This document shows, piece by piece, positions 8,275 through 18,694 of a stretch of 64,000 bases of DNA (position 1 is its first letter; every line of letters starts with the position of its first letter). This DNA comes from Proteocatella sp. (GTDB lineage Bacteria > Bacillota > Clostridia > Peptostreptococcales > Filifactoraceae). The notes below the pieces were generated by a model. That model made no database searches. It was not told the DNA's origin and saw nothing but the letters and a program-made list of their open reading frames with translations. The translations under genes were made by a program, and so were the position numbers. The stretch is taken from the NCBI GenBank assembly GCA_051653405.1, contig JBOFWC010000062.1, forward strand, positions 1,439-65,438, in the 5' to 3' direction.

Positions 8275-8895
8275 TTATGCTTTTGCAGAAAATTCTTTAT
8301 GTTCAGCATCTGGATCTGAACTTGGTGGTACATATATAGGTTTTCCAATATACTCTATTATTACATCAGGATATTGAGTTATGGTTATTTCTATATTCCC
8401 TGGGATAAATTCAAAATCTCCATTTTGAAGCTTGAATTCAAAATTTAATTTGTCCATCTCATATTGTATTGATATATTTGGCTCCGACCATGTTATTTCA
8501 GGTCTTTCTGATGGCAAAAATGTAAGTTCAAATTCTCCTGTTGGAAGTTCATTTCTATCCTTAAATATCTGGTTTAGTGCTTCTCCATCTAGTTTTGCAT
8601 CCATAAGAAGTGTTCCCTCCTGTGTAAACCTAGCCGTGGCCTCATAAGCTGATTTCTTACCTTTTTCTGCTGCTTGGTCTATGCTTCTTATAGCAGTCGG
8701 GGTAACTGAATTCCTAGCTTCAAAGGTGTCAATATTTACTTTTATATTCTGACTTTGGATTTTTAATCCTCCATCAGTTCTTGTAACATCAAGCTCTGCA
8801 GTTCCCGATTTCCTCTCAAATTTTGCATTATTTATTTTTAGTTCATATGCTATAGGTACATTTTTTATTTTTATAAGTTGCTCCAAAACAAGCAC
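8275..8895 (-). CDS. YviE-like protein (DUF6470-type) between flgL and fliW
   Basis: Same position as B. subtilis yviE (flgK-flgL-yviE-fliW-csrA). The start is GTG at 8895 or TTG at 8886, after a G-rich RBS. Family assignment rests on synteny and memory of the sequence. Confidence 0.6.
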   Translation of the reverse strand: MLVLEQLIKIKNVPIAYELKINNAKFERKSGTAELDVTRTDGGLKIQSQNIKVNIDTFEARNSVTPTAIRSIDQAAEKGKKSAYEATARFTQEGTLLMDAKLDGEALNQIFKDRNELPTGEFELTFLPSERPEITWSEPNISIQYEMDKLNFEFKLQNGDFEFIPGNIEITITQYPDVIIEYIGKPIYVPPSSDPDAEHKEFSAKA

Positions 8896-8925
8896 CCCCC
8901 GTATAATTTATTTAAATAATTCATC

Positions 8926-9948
8926 TTATCTCATAAAGTCAATGAATGATTGTGATAATATACTATTCCCTACTTTTAAAGCCGCATTATATGCATATTC
9001 TGCCCATGAAAATTCTGTTATCGCCTGTGCTAAATCTACGTTTTCTGTGTCTAATATCTTCTTGTTAAGGTTCATTCTTCCATCCAAAAGCCTTGTTTCT
9101 GTATCTTCTAGAAATTTAGAGTTAGTTCCATATTGAGTTACTTTATCTATGTTGGCATTAAAATTTTTATCAAATTGATCGTTCATTTTGTCTATTTTTT
9201 CTACATCTAGGGGGTCTTTTAGCATTTCTTTTGAAAGCTGAAGTGTAAGTGTTATCATATTTTTACTTATACCCTCTTGATCATTTCCAAAACCAAGAAT
9301 ATCTATCCCCGGTCTTGAAGTCTCGTAAGCTGTACCCTCTATAATATTTCCCGAAGCATCTTTTTTTAGCCCAAAACCAAGATCCATATAGTTAGTTTCT
9401 TTTGCTAGTTTCTCAAGTTCTGCAAGTTCTTCTGGTACTGTGGTATTTACATCAATCCCTCTATACGTAAGTACCCTTGTCATTACTCCATCTTTTTCAA
9501 TGTTTTTAAGTTCAAATGGCGCTTCCTTTGTGCTTGAGCCTCCAAATAAAAATTTGTCTCCATACTTGGCATTCATGCTCATTACCATTGATTCTGCAGT
9601 TTCTTCAAGATTTTGAGATATCGCAGTTCTAGCTTCTGCACTCGTGGTTCCTGTAATTCCTCTTAATACACTCTGCTTTATGCCTTTTCCCATTTCATTT
9701 ATCTGCATAAGACTTGACTCTGTAGCGGTTATTTCACCTTGGGCTACGCTTACATTGTGAATATAATCCTCATTTTTTAAATACTCTCTTCTTATCTGAA
9801 ATGCTTTAGTTGCTGCTGCAGGATCCTCTGAAGCCCTAACAAATTTTCTTTCGGTAAGCGTTCTTTCTCTTGCATTATTTAACTTATTTACAGAACTGCT
9901 AAGCCCACTTCTATAGTTTCGAAGTATTGCATTTGTGCTAATTCTCAT
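8926..9948 (-). CDS. flgL: Flagellar hook-filament junction protein FlgL
   Basis: MRISTNAILRNYRSGL at the N-terminus and a flagellin-like C-terminal helix. It follows flgK. Confidence 0.9.
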   Translation of the reverse strand: MRISTNAILRNYRSGLSSSVNKLNNARERTLTERKFVRASEDPAAATKAFQIRREYLKNEDYIHNVSVAQGEITATESSLMQINEMGKGIKQSVLRGITGTTSAEARTAISQNLEETAESMVMSMNAKYGDKFLFGGSSTKEAPFELKNIEKDGVMTRVLTYRGIDVNTTVPEELAELEKLAKETNYMDLGFGLKKDASGNIIEGTAYETSRPGIDILGFGNDQEGISKNMITLTLQLSKEMLKDPLDVEKIDKMNDQFDKNFNANIDKVTQYGTNSKFLEDTETRLLDGRMNLNKKILDTENVDLAQAITEFSWAEYAYNAALKVGNSILSQSFIDFMR

Positions 9949-9965
9949 CTAGTTAAGCCTCCTTT

Positions 9966-12071
9966 CTATCTTCCTACAACACCCATCTTATTTATTATTG
10001 TGTCTACAGCTTCATCAAGTGCTGTCATAAGTCTTGCCGCTGCATTATATGACTTTTGGTAGTGAAGTATATTCATACCTTCTTCATCAAGTGAAACTGA
10101 AGATATATTATCTCTCATATTAGCAATATCGTCTGCCACTGAAACAAAATTTTCTAATACCGATGTAGTTGATTTTATATCAAGTGCAAGTGTCGTGCTC
10201 ATATTAGTGTACATCTCTTGGAACGACCCTTCAAAAAGTCTTACTCCTGGAATTTCTGGTACTGGTGGTGGCCCTACTTGAGCTGGCGTTCCCGGCGTTG
10301 AATACACCTGTTTTTCACTCATCATAGATATCATATTTAAGACATTATCATTTGCGCCAAGTGGTGAACCATATTTTACAGATGTAGTTATACCTATTTT
10401 ACTACTTTTCCAATCTTGTGATATTGCAATATTTCTAGCATTTATTGCATCTGGATCTAATGAAACAAATAAATCTTTTTTGATATATACTTCATCATCA
10501 GCCAGCCCCTCTACCAATTTCCCATTTTTATCAAATCTTTCTATTGAAGTCGCTGGAGCGGTAGGCATTATAGATGTTGTACTTTCTGCCCCTGTAAGCT
10601 TATCTTTTTTGGTTACTAAAAATGCGCCTGCGTTTGCTGGATCTGGATCCGCTTCTATTTTGGTTATTTGATTTCCATTTGCATCAAAAGTATGTTCTCT
10701 ATTCATATCGTTAAATGATTTTGCAAATTGGTTTGCAAGAAGATCAAGTGATTTTTGATAATAGCCTATTCCTCTTGAAGTTTCGTTGGCATCATCAAAT
10801 TCGCCTGATTTGTTCAGCATATCTAACATCCCTTTGAATCTTCCTTGTAAAATTTCATCGTTTATTTCTTTATTTCCAGATTGAATTATTAAATCTGTAG
10901 CTGGAGGAACATTTGTAGCATTTATGGTTCCATCCGCATTTTGTGTAAGATTTGATACAAATGTACCACTTTTAAATAGTGGTACTGAATTTGGAGCTAC
11001 AGCTGGCGGCGTTGCTTCAAAATCTCCTAAAAAATTAATTTCTGTTAGCTCTGGCCCTGTTTTTTTTATTTCTATCTGCATACTGCTATCTAGTTTATCT
11101 AAAAGAAACTCCATCTTAAGCTCTGCATCTTTTGTCGGATCACCACTTGCCATAAGCGTTTTTATCTCTTCATTTACTGTATTTATTTTAGAGAGAAGAT
11201 CGTTTACCTTTGGAACATCTATCTTAGGTCTTGAAAAACTCATCATAATTTTTCCGTCTGCATTTTTCTCAGTGCTTATTGATGTTGCAAATTCTGAACC
11301 TCTTACAAGCGGCACTTCTCCATCTTTTCCTTCAAAAAATATATCCATTCTATCCACGGTCTGTGAATCCGAAACCTGAACTGGTGTATATTTAACTTTG
11401 ATTTTCATAAATACACTTAAATCATCCACAAGCAAATTCCTTTGGTCTTGTAGCTCTAACGCTGCATTTCCATGTATATGATTTTTTTCTATTGTTTCAT
11501 TTAATTTCTGTATATTTTGTAATATATCGTTTACTTTTCTTACATCTATGTCAAGGTTTGACTCCTGCTCTTTTCGTATTCCATCTAACTGATTTGCATA
11601 TTGATTCAGCATTTTTGTAAATACGTCCGCAGAAGACTTAACCATACTGTCAAATTCATTATTTCCTACTTCTGAGGACAATTTTTGAAGCATACTTGCT
11701 ATCTCACTCAGTTGATTCTGAGTTCCATTTTTTGTTATTTCATCAAATATTTGTTCCATATCCTTTAGCACTGCAAGTTTCTGATCTGCAGTTCCTACGT
11801 TTGCTGACTCTGTTCTAAATCTTATATCTAGAAACGGATCTCTTATTTGTGAAAGTCCTTTTGTAAGAACTCCATTACCTATTTTTGTATTAAGTTGAGA
11901 TTCGTATTTATTTACTCCTGAACTTGCATTTAAGCTTATTAAGTCCAGTCGTTGCCTAGTATATCCTTTTGTATTTATATTTGCTATATTTTGACCTGTA
12001 ACATCAAGCGCTTTTTGACTTGCTCTCATAGCAAGCTGCGCTGTCGTAAATCCCGCAAATGTTGAACGCAT
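9966..12071 (-). CDS. flgK: Flagellar hook-associated protein FlgK (701 aa)
   Basis: MRSTFAGFTTAQLAMRASQKALDVTGQNIANINTKGYTRQ at the N-terminus and ...HYQKSYNAAARLMTALDEAVDTIINKMG at the C-terminus. Confidence 0.95.
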   Translation of the reverse strand: MRSTFAGFTTAQLAMRASQKALDVTGQNIANINTKGYTRQRLDLISLNASSGVNKYESQLNTKIGNGVLTKGLSQIRDPFLDIRFRTESANVGTADQKLAVLKDMEQIFDEITKNGTQNQLSEIASMLQKLSSEVGNNEFDSMVKSSADVFTKMLNQYANQLDGIRKEQESNLDIDVRKVNDILQNIQKLNETIEKNHIHGNAALELQDQRNLLVDDLSVFMKIKVKYTPVQVSDSQTVDRMDIFFEGKDGEVPLVRGSEFATSISTEKNADGKIMMSFSRPKIDVPKVNDLLSKINTVNEEIKTLMASGDPTKDAELKMEFLLDKLDSSMQIEIKKTGPELTEINFLGDFEATPPAVAPNSVPLFKSGTFVSNLTQNADGTINATNVPPATDLIIQSGNKEINDEILQGRFKGMLDMLNKSGEFDDANETSRGIGYYQKSLDLLANQFAKSFNDMNREHTFDANGNQITKIEADPDPANAGAFLVTKKDKLTGAESTTSIMPTAPATSIERFDKNGKLVEGLADDEVYIKKDLFVSLDPDAINARNIAISQDWKSSKIGITTSVKYGSPLGANDNVLNMISMMSEKQVYSTPGTPAQVGPPPVPEIPGVRLFEGSFQEMYTNMSTTLALDIKSTTSVLENFVSVADDIANMRDNISSVSLDEEGMNILHYQKSYNAAARLMTALDEAVDTIINKMGVVGR

Positions 12072-12090
12072 ATCTACACCTCCATTTTAA

Positions 12091-12570
12091 CTATACTTTT
12101 CTACTGGTGAAGCTATGGTTCTGCTTTGATTCCTTGCTTCCATCCAGGGCCTCCTTGCCATTAGAATGTTTCTTATTTTCTACCATCTTCTGCATTGCGT
12201 TTTCCATGGCATACAGATTTAATTCTATTGTCTTTTTTATACCCTCGGTTGTCGATTTAAATGTTTCCAGGGAGTTTAAAAGTTGTTTGTACATAGCTTC
12301 AAGTTCAGGTTTTTTGTCTACTGTTGCTAAATCTATAATTTCTCTAAAAGTAGCATTCTCAAAACCCAATTCCTTTTGTATTTGAGCTTGTTTCCTTTCA
12401 AGCCCTCTAAGTAGCAAGATTTCTGCCTGCTCTTTTTTCATACAATTTTCTAGCTCGATTATATCATTTCTACTAACTGCATCAAGCTTTTCTTTTTCAA
12501 GTAGTTGAAATTGTTCAAAAAAATCAATCATTTCTTGTACTACTGCTTTGAACTTATCTATGTTTTCCAT
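12091..12570 (-). CDS. flgN: FlgN-like flagellar export chaperone
   Basis: 159-aa helical protein immediately upstream of flgK. The N-terminal pattern (F..F..LL..EK.AL...D...LE) resembles FlgN. Confidence 0.65.
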   Translation of the reverse strand: MENIDKFKAVVQEMIDFFEQFQLLEKEKLDAVSRNDIIELENCMKKEQAEILLLRGLERKQAQIQKELGFENATFREIIDLATVDKKPELEAMYKQLLNSLETFKSTTEGIKKTIELNLYAMENAMQKMVENKKHSNGKEALDGSKESKQNHSFTSRKV

Positions 12571-12602
12571 TCTCTCACTCCTTGATTTTTTAAGTCTAAT
12601 TT

Positions 12603-13715
12603 TTAAAGTTTACTTAAGTAATCCTTAAGCACATTTGCTATATTGTCTATACTTGTCTGCTTAGCTACAGCACCTATATCATAGGCTACCATAGGCATTC
12701 CATAAACTACTGATGTTTTTTGATCTTGACCTATAGTATACGCTCCAGCTTGTCTCATCTTTAATAGTCCATCAGCTCCATCTCGTCCCATCCCTGTCAG
12801 TATTATCCCTACAGAGTTTTTCCTTGCAGTCTTTGCTACTGAATTAAAAAGTACATCTACCGATGGTCTATGTCCACTTACTTTTTCGCCTTTTCTAAGC
12901 TCAATTTTATATTTTCCAAAAGATTCCACAAGTTCCATGTGATAATCTCCTCTTCCAATAATAACTCTTCCTCTTTTTACTTCATCCCCGTGCTCTGCTT
13001 CTTTTACTTCCATCGCACATATCTTATTTAATCTTTCTGCATACATAGAAGTAAAGCCTTCTGGCATATGTTGTACTACTACAATCGCAGGAGTATCCTT
13101 TGGAAGGTCTTGAAGAACACAAAGTGTAGCTTCTGTACCCCCAGTAGATGCTCCAATTGCTATTATAATAGAATCTAGTTTTGAAGATTTTAGCATTGGA
13201 TTTGAAGCCATTTTGTTTACAATATCCGTAAGTTTTGGCCCCGCCACTCTATTTTCTTCTTTCTTTTCTACATGTTCCTGAGCCTCAACTGTAGTAGCTG
13301 CTCTACCGACTTTAGTTCTTATATGTGCAGAATAAGCCATACTTATTTTTATCGATATGTTGTCTGTAAAATATTTTATACTTCGTATTGATTCATCTAA
13401 TGGTTTTTTGATAAAATCTACTGCACCTTCGGAGATGGCTTGCATCGGATTGTTGTTTTCTTGAGAAATTATTATTACGGGTTTTAGGGATATTTGTAAT
13501 ATTCTTCTGAGAAGTTCTTTATCCTTAGGTTTAGAAAGATCTGCCTCAAGAATTATTACATCTGGATTAAGTTCTTGAATTCTATTTTGAGCTTGAATGC
13601 TCTTGTCGGAAGACAAGACCACGTCTAAATATGTGGTCTTGTCAAGTTCTTCTGCAAATAGCTTTCTGAATCCCGACGAATCATCAAATATTGCTACTTT
13701 AACTTTTTTGCTCAT
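12603..13715 (-). CDS. cheB: Chemotaxis response regulator protein-glutamate methylesterase CheB
   Basis: N-terminal REC domain plus a C-terminal IIAIGASTGG...VVQHMP...GMGRDG methylesterase domain. Confidence 0.95.
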   Translation of the reverse strand: MSKKVKVAIFDDSSGFRKLFAEELDKTTYLDVVLSSDKSIQAQNRIQELNPDVIILEADLSKPKDKELLRRILQISLKPVIIISQENNNPMQAISEGAVDFIKKPLDESIRSIKYFTDNISIKISMAYSAHIRTKVGRAATTVEAQEHVEKKEENRVAGPKLTDIVNKMASNPMLKSSKLDSIIIAIGASTGGTEATLCVLQDLPKDTPAIVVVQHMPEGFTSMYAERLNKICAMEVKEAEHGDEVKRGRVIIGRGDYHMELVESFGKYKIELRKGEKVSGHRPSVDVLFNSVAKTARKNSVGIILTGMGRDGADGLLKMRQAGAYTIGQDQKTSVVYGMPMVAYDIGAVAKQTSIDNIANVLKDYLSKL

Positions 13716-13759
13716 AATAATCTAACTACCTTTCTGCCTAAGTTTGTGATTGTGTTAGC

Positions 13760-14572
13760 TTATTGTTTTCGATATATAGAAGGTCCCACCTGTTTATATG
13801 GAGCATCATCTCTGCTTAATGACTCTGAATGACCTATAAATAGATACCCTCCAGGATTTGTGGCTTCATAAAACCGCTTTATAAGCGCTGCTCTTGTAGG
13901 CTTATCAAAGTATATCATTACGTTCCTACAGAAAATAACATCAAATTTTAACTTGAATTTAATCGGGTCCATAAGATTAAACGTCCTAAATATTACATTA
14001 TCTTTTACTTCTTGAGAAATTTTATAAATCCCCGTCTTAGAGTCTTTTATAAAATACTTACTTTTCCATTCATTTGGGATATTTTCAAGATCTTGTTCGT
14101 CATAAGTTGCGGTTTGTGCTTTGTTCAATACATTTTGCGATATATCTGTAGCTAAAACTCTAGTGTCCCAGTTGCCAGATTTTTTTGAAAAATAGTCTTT
14201 AAGAACCATAGTCATAGTATATGGTTCTTCTCCTGAAGAACAACCTGCACTCCATATGCTAAGCACTCTATCTTTCTTTGTAGTCTCTAAATGAGGTAAA
14301 ATAACATTTTTCATATATTCAAAATGTTTTTCTTCTCTCAAAAAATGAGTGTAATTTGTAGTAAGTTTATTAAGCATTACTTCTATGTCGTCGATATTCT
14401 TGTTTTTAATTATATGATTTACATATTCACTAAAATCTTTAAAGCCTTTTTCAATGACAGTAAACTGAAGCCGACCTACAATTAACTGCTCTTTTTTCGA
14501 AAGATCTATCCCATAATTTTCTTGAACGAATTTTACTAGAGCTAGAAAATCTTTTTTTTCAATTGTAAGCAT
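13760..14572 (-). CDS. cheR: Chemotaxis protein methyltransferase CheR
   Basis: SIWSAGCSSGEEPYT SAM-binding motif and FCRNVMIYFD. Confidence 0.95.
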   Translation of the reverse strand: MLTIEKKDFLALVKFVQENYGIDLSKKEQLIVGRLQFTVIEKGFKDFSEYVNHIIKNKNIDDIEVMLNKLTTNYTHFLREEKHFEYMKNVILPHLETTKKDRVLSIWSAGCSSGEEPYTMTMVLKDYFSKKSGNWDTRVLATDISQNVLNKAQTATYDEQDLENIPNEWKSKYFIKDSKTGIYKISQEVKDNVIFRTFNLMDPIKFKLKFDVIFCRNVMIYFDKPTRAALIKRFYEATNPGGYLFIGHSESLSRDDAPYKQVGPSIYRKQ

Positions 14573-14586
14573 CTTGTCTCCTTAAG

Positions 14587-15063
14587 TTAACCTTTTATTA
14601 ATGTTTCGCAATCCAAGATAAGGATTACTTCTCCATTTGGCAGCGATATCATCCCACTTACAAGTTCTTCACTGTGATTAAGTGTGCTTGAAACTTTTTC
14701 TTCTTCGATATCAAGTACTTGTTCAACTGAGTCTACGATTATTCCCATATCAATGTTGTCCATATTAAGCACTATTATACAAGACTTGTCATCATAATCT
14801 ATTTCATATTTGCCCATTCTAAGTCTTATATCTACTATAGGAACAATCTGTCCTCTAAGATTTATTATGCCTTTTATAAAGCCTGGTACCATTGGAAGCT
14901 TTATAGGCTTTAAGTTTGTAATTATTTCCATTATATGGTTTGTATCTATACCAAATAACAGTCCATCAGAAAGAAAAGTCAGATACTTCTGATATTTTTT
15001 CGTATCTATCTGAACCTCTTCATCATCTTGTAAATCTTCATACTCAAACAATTCTGTTGACAT
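14587..15063 (-). CDS. cheW: Chemotaxis coupling protein CheW
   Basis: FGIDTNHIMEI...GIINLRGQIVPIVDIR, the CheW domain. Confidence 0.9.
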   Translation of the reverse strand: MSTELFEYEDLQDDEEVQIDTKKYQKYLTFLSDGLLFGIDTNHIMEIITNLKPIKLPMVPGFIKGIINLRGQIVPIVDIRLRMGKYEIDYDDKSCIIVLNMDNIDMGIIVDSVEQVLDIEEEKVSSTLNHSEELVSGMISLPNGEVILILDCETLIKG

Positions 15064-15083
15064 TTTTCCCCTCCGTTCTGATT

Positions 15084-17168
15084 TTAGTCATAATGTGCTA
15101 ATGTGTAAACATTCAGGATGTCCAGAATTATACTTATATTTCCGTCACCTAGTATTGTGCATCCAGCTATTCCAGAGTTCTTTATATTGTAATTATTCAA
15201 GAATGTTGGCAGCGGTTTTACTACGACCTGCTGTTCTCCTATAAGCTCATCTACAAATAGGCAGTATGATCTGTCTCCTGATTCAACCCATATAAGAATA
15301 CCATCTTCTATGCTTGTCACCTCTGTATCGATGCTATATAGATCATGAATTCTAATTATTGGATAAAATTCTTCCATTCGTTTTACAATTTCTCTTCCGC
15401 TTACATCATGAATTATTTCATCATTTGATACTCTGAAGCACTGTCTTATATTGTTTATAGGAATTGTGAATATTGATTTCCCTACAGCGGTTTCCATTCC
15501 CTCTACAATTGCAAGAGTCAGTGGTATCTTTAAGGTTGTGCAGCTTCCTTCTCCCCATTCACTGGTTATAGTTATAGTTCCTCCAAGAGCTTCTATACTC
15601 TTTTTAACTACATCCATTCCAACGCCTCTACCCGAATATTCTGTAACTGCTTCATTAGTAGAGAAACCTGGCATCATTAGAAGCTGAATGATTTCTTTTT
15701 GAGAATATTCACTCTCAGACTTAACAAGAAGTCCATTGTCCCTTGCTTTTGCAAGCACCCTATCTGTGTCTATTCCCTGTCCGTCATCACTTATTGTTAT
15801 TATTACTTCACTTCCTGTATGACTTGCAGAAAGTATAATTTCCCCTTTAGCTTTTTTGCCTCTAGCTAATCTTTCTTCTTTTGTTTTTTCTATACCGTGA
15901 TCCATAGAGTTTCTTACGATATGCATTATCGGATCCCCTATGCTATCGACGATAGATTTATCTACCTCTGTATCTTCTCCTATTATTACAAGGTCTACTT
16001 CTTTTTCAAGTTTCTTTGTCATATCCCTTACAATACGATTCATTTTTTGGAATACGCCAGATATAGGAACCATTCTAAGTGACATTGTTATATCTTGAAG
16101 CTCGTCAGTAAGCTTTCTAAGCTGTCTTGTTGATTTAAGGAAATTGTCAAGCTTTAGTCCTTGAATATCTGGAGATGAGGTAACCATAGATTCTGTGATT
16201 ACTATTTCTCCAACTAGTGCCATTAGCTTGTCTAACTTAGAAAGATTTACACTTATTAAACTTTGTTTGTTAGGTGCTTGAGTTGCAGCTACTTGTTTTG
16301 AAGCTACTGGATCTGCTTCACTTTTAGCTCCAAATAAGTTAGCGCCTAAATCTTGTGTTATTTTTTCTACCTTAGCTCCAACTTTTGAGTCTATTTTTTC
16401 TGGAGCTTCATTATCTTGTTTTTCTTTTTCCATAAGCTCATATGAACGTATGCCATTTGTGTGTTTTATTATAGATATAGCTTTTTCAGCAAGGTCTTTA
16501 GTTTCAAAATTCATGCAGAACCCTTTATCCAATATATAAGTCGCTGAGTCCATGTTTGTATCTATATCATCAGGATAATATGTGAATTCCATCTCTGACT
16601 CTTTAAGCGCTGTCACTAACATGAATGCTCTTATGTTTGCCATACCAGTTTCTTCATCAAAAAATACACATACCATATGATCCCCTTGATTTACAGGTTC
16701 TTCACTTATTGAAGCTTCTACAGATTCCTTTGAATCAGTAGATACCTTGTCCCCATTTTTAATTTTCTCAAGGAACATATTAATGTTTGCCGCAAAACTG
16801 TCGATATTCTCTGAGAGAGGTTCCCCTTTTTGGAGTTTGTCTACCTCAGACTTAAAATAATCCATTGACTGGAATACTATATCAAATAACTCTGAAATTA
16901 ATTTTTCATTCAGAGTCTCCATCCCGTTCTCACGAATAAAGAAGAATAAATCTTCTATTCTGTGAGCAATCTCCATAAGGGATACGAACTCCATCATTGC
17001 TGAAGAGCCTTTTATGGTATGCATTATACGGAATATTTCATCAATGTTGTTGCTAGATAAGGTTTTTTCCATCTCGGCACCAATAAATAACTCTTCTAAT
17101 TGTTCCAAAAGAGTGTTGGTTTCAAAAAGGTACATATCAAGCATAGTAGAATCAATGCTATTGTTCAT
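15084..17168 (-). CDS. cheA: Chemotaxis histidine kinase CheA
   Basis: Hpt motif MHTIKGSS, HATPase region (DDGQGID, GRGVGMDVV) and a C-terminal CheW-like domain. The ATG at 17168 has AAGAGGTGG upstream. Confidence 0.95.
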   Translation of the reverse strand: MNNSIDSTMLDMYLFETNTLLEQLEELFIGAEMEKTLSSNNIDEIFRIMHTIKGSSAMMEFVSLMEIAHRIEDLFFFIRENGMETLNEKLISELFDIVFQSMDYFKSEVDKLQKGEPLSENIDSFAANINMFLEKIKNGDKVSTDSKESVEASISEEPVNQGDHMVCVFFDEETGMANIRAFMLVTALKESEMEFTYYPDDIDTNMDSATYILDKGFCMNFETKDLAEKAISIIKHTNGIRSYELMEKEKQDNEAPEKIDSKVGAKVEKITQDLGANLFGAKSEADPVASKQVAATQAPNKQSLISVNLSKLDKLMALVGEIVITESMVTSSPDIQGLKLDNFLKSTRQLRKLTDELQDITMSLRMVPISGVFQKMNRIVRDMTKKLEKEVDLVIIGEDTEVDKSIVDSIGDPIMHIVRNSMDHGIEKTKEERLARGKKAKGEIILSASHTGSEVIITISDDGQGIDTDRVLAKARDNGLLVKSESEYSQKEIIQLLMMPGFSTNEAVTEYSGRGVGMDVVKKSIEALGGTITITSEWGEGSCTTLKIPLTLAIVEGMETAVGKSIFTIPINNIRQCFRVSNDEIIHDVSGREIVKRMEEFYPIIRIHDLYSIDTEVTSIEDGILIWVESGDRSYCLFVDELIGEQQVVVKPLPTFLNNYNIKNSGIAGCTILGDGNISIILDILNVYTLAHYD

Positions 17169-17219
17169 GGAAATTAACACCACCTCTTAATTTATGATTT
17201 TTAAATACGCTATACTAAT

Positions 17220-17246
17220 ATATCGGAAAATATTCGAATTTATTAA
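17220..17246 (-). promoter_or_regulatory. SigD-like promoter of the cheA...mcp operon
   Basis: The minus strand reads TTAA-N16-CCGATAT, the best -10 match to GCCGATAT in the window, about 50 nt upstream of cheA. Confidence 0.55.
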
Positions 17247-17272
17247 TAGTTTTTAATGGTAAAGGTGAAAAA

Positions 17273-18694
17273 ATGGCTAATATTTTAAAAGTAACAACCC
17301 CCCCTTCTCAATCTTACGAAAACTCCCCTAAGGGAAACCCTACTCAAATAAATAATACCAACGTAAAAAACATAATAGATCCTTCAAAAATAACTCGAAG
17401 TGACTTTAAAAATGACTTTGAAGATTCTACAAGTAATTTAGCGCCCCATTATGAATCTAATTTTGGGAAATTCCTTCAACTTGTAAAAAACTCTCCTGGT
17501 CTAATTGATATACTTCCACAGATGTTTTTCGGCCGCATGGAAATGCTTGTGTCTTCAGGAATAGATCAAGGGTTTGCTTCTGAAATTGCAAATTATATGG
17601 AAATGCTTAAAATGAGTCCTGAAGAATTCGCAACTTTTTTAAAGTCTCAATTTGAAAACTCAGTTGACTTTAAGGGAATATTTTTTGCTGAGCTTAGAAA
17701 TGCTTTAGATTCAAATATTTCTGCTGAATTCAAAAATAGTATCCTTGCTTTTTTAAAAAAATACAATGACATGAGTGCAAATGATAGAATTTTAAATTCT
17801 ATTTCTCAAAATATAAAAAACATTATAGCAAACATGCCTAAAAGTGAAGCTCGTGAAGTTGAAGCACTTTTTAAGTCTTTGAATCTTAATTCTAGTCCTG
17901 GCGATGTAGCTCAAAACCTAGCTCTTCTTAAGGGAGAACTTATTCCTAAAATAGCAAATTATATATCTAGAAATCATGACTTTGGTCCCGTAAGAAACTT
18001 TGTTACATTATTGACTTTAGATGTGTCTAGGTATGAAAATAGCTCTCGAAATGACGTTTTAAATTCTTTAAGAAACCTTAGCTCGTTCGGAGGATTCCGC
18101 GACCGATTTGGAAACCTTGACGAAAATGTTTTAAATTCTCTTTTGGATAAACTTTTATCTGAAAAACAATCAAATGAAAATCCGTCTATGGATAGACTCA
18201 TATCGATTATCCAAAAAGGGTTTGAAGGTCAAGCTGGTTATGAAAACAAACTTGTCTTTCAAAATGTAATGCAGTCAATCCTTATAAATTCAAGCGTTTA
18301 TATGCCGCTTCTTCATGTGCTTATACCAGTTGAAATGTTTGGCAAATTCATGTTTTCAGAAATATGGGTAGACCCAAACGAAAAAGGAAATCAAAGTTCT
18401 GATTCTGATTCTGATCGTTCAATCAAACTTCTATTAAAATTTGATATTGAAAATATAGGTTTTTTTGATATGATAGTTTATATGAACGGAAAAGAAGTTA
18501 GTATACAACTATATTACCCAGAAAAGCTAGACAAGTCACAAAAAGTTATTCAAAAAAACATTTCTGACATAGTTGAAAAGAATGGACTTAAATTTAATTC
18601 AATCCAACTTTCAAAATCTTCTAGAAGATTAACTATAAGCGAGGTATTTCCTCAAATACTAGAAAGGAGAAATAATATAAATGTCACTATATAA
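17273..18694 (+). CDS. YlqG-like protein with a FliK-C (Flg_hook)-like C-terminal region
   Basis: 473 aa. The C-terminal segment IKLLLKFDIENIGFFDMIVYMNGKEVSIQLYYPEKL...IVEKNGLKFNSIQLS parallels the window's own FliK segment YELQLDPENLGKIKVKLLFEDGKLTVSM...LGQAIQQN. It overlaps the next gene by 14 nt. Confidence 0.55.
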   Translation: MANILKVTTPPSQSYENSPKGNPTQINNTNVKNIIDPSKITRSDFKNDFEDSTSNLAPHYESNFGKFLQLVKNSPGLIDILPQMFFGRMEMLVSSGIDQGFASEIANYMEMLKMSPEEFATFLKSQFENSVDFKGIFFAELRNALDSNISAEFKNSILAFLKKYNDMSANDRILNSISQNIKNIIANMPKSEAREVEALFKSLNLNSSPGDVAQNLALLKGELIPKIANYISRNHDFGPVRNFVTLLTLDVSRYENSSRNDVLNSLRNLSSFGGFRDRFGNLDENVLNSLLDKLLSEKQSNENPSMDRLISIIQKGFEGQAGYENKLVFQNVMQSILINSSVYMPLLHVLIPVEMFGKFMFSEIWVDPNEKGNQSSDSDSDRSIKLLLKFDIENIGFFDMIVYMNGKEVSIQLYYPEKLDKSQKVIQKNISDIVEKNGLKFNSIQLSKSSRRLTISEVFPQILERRNNINVTI

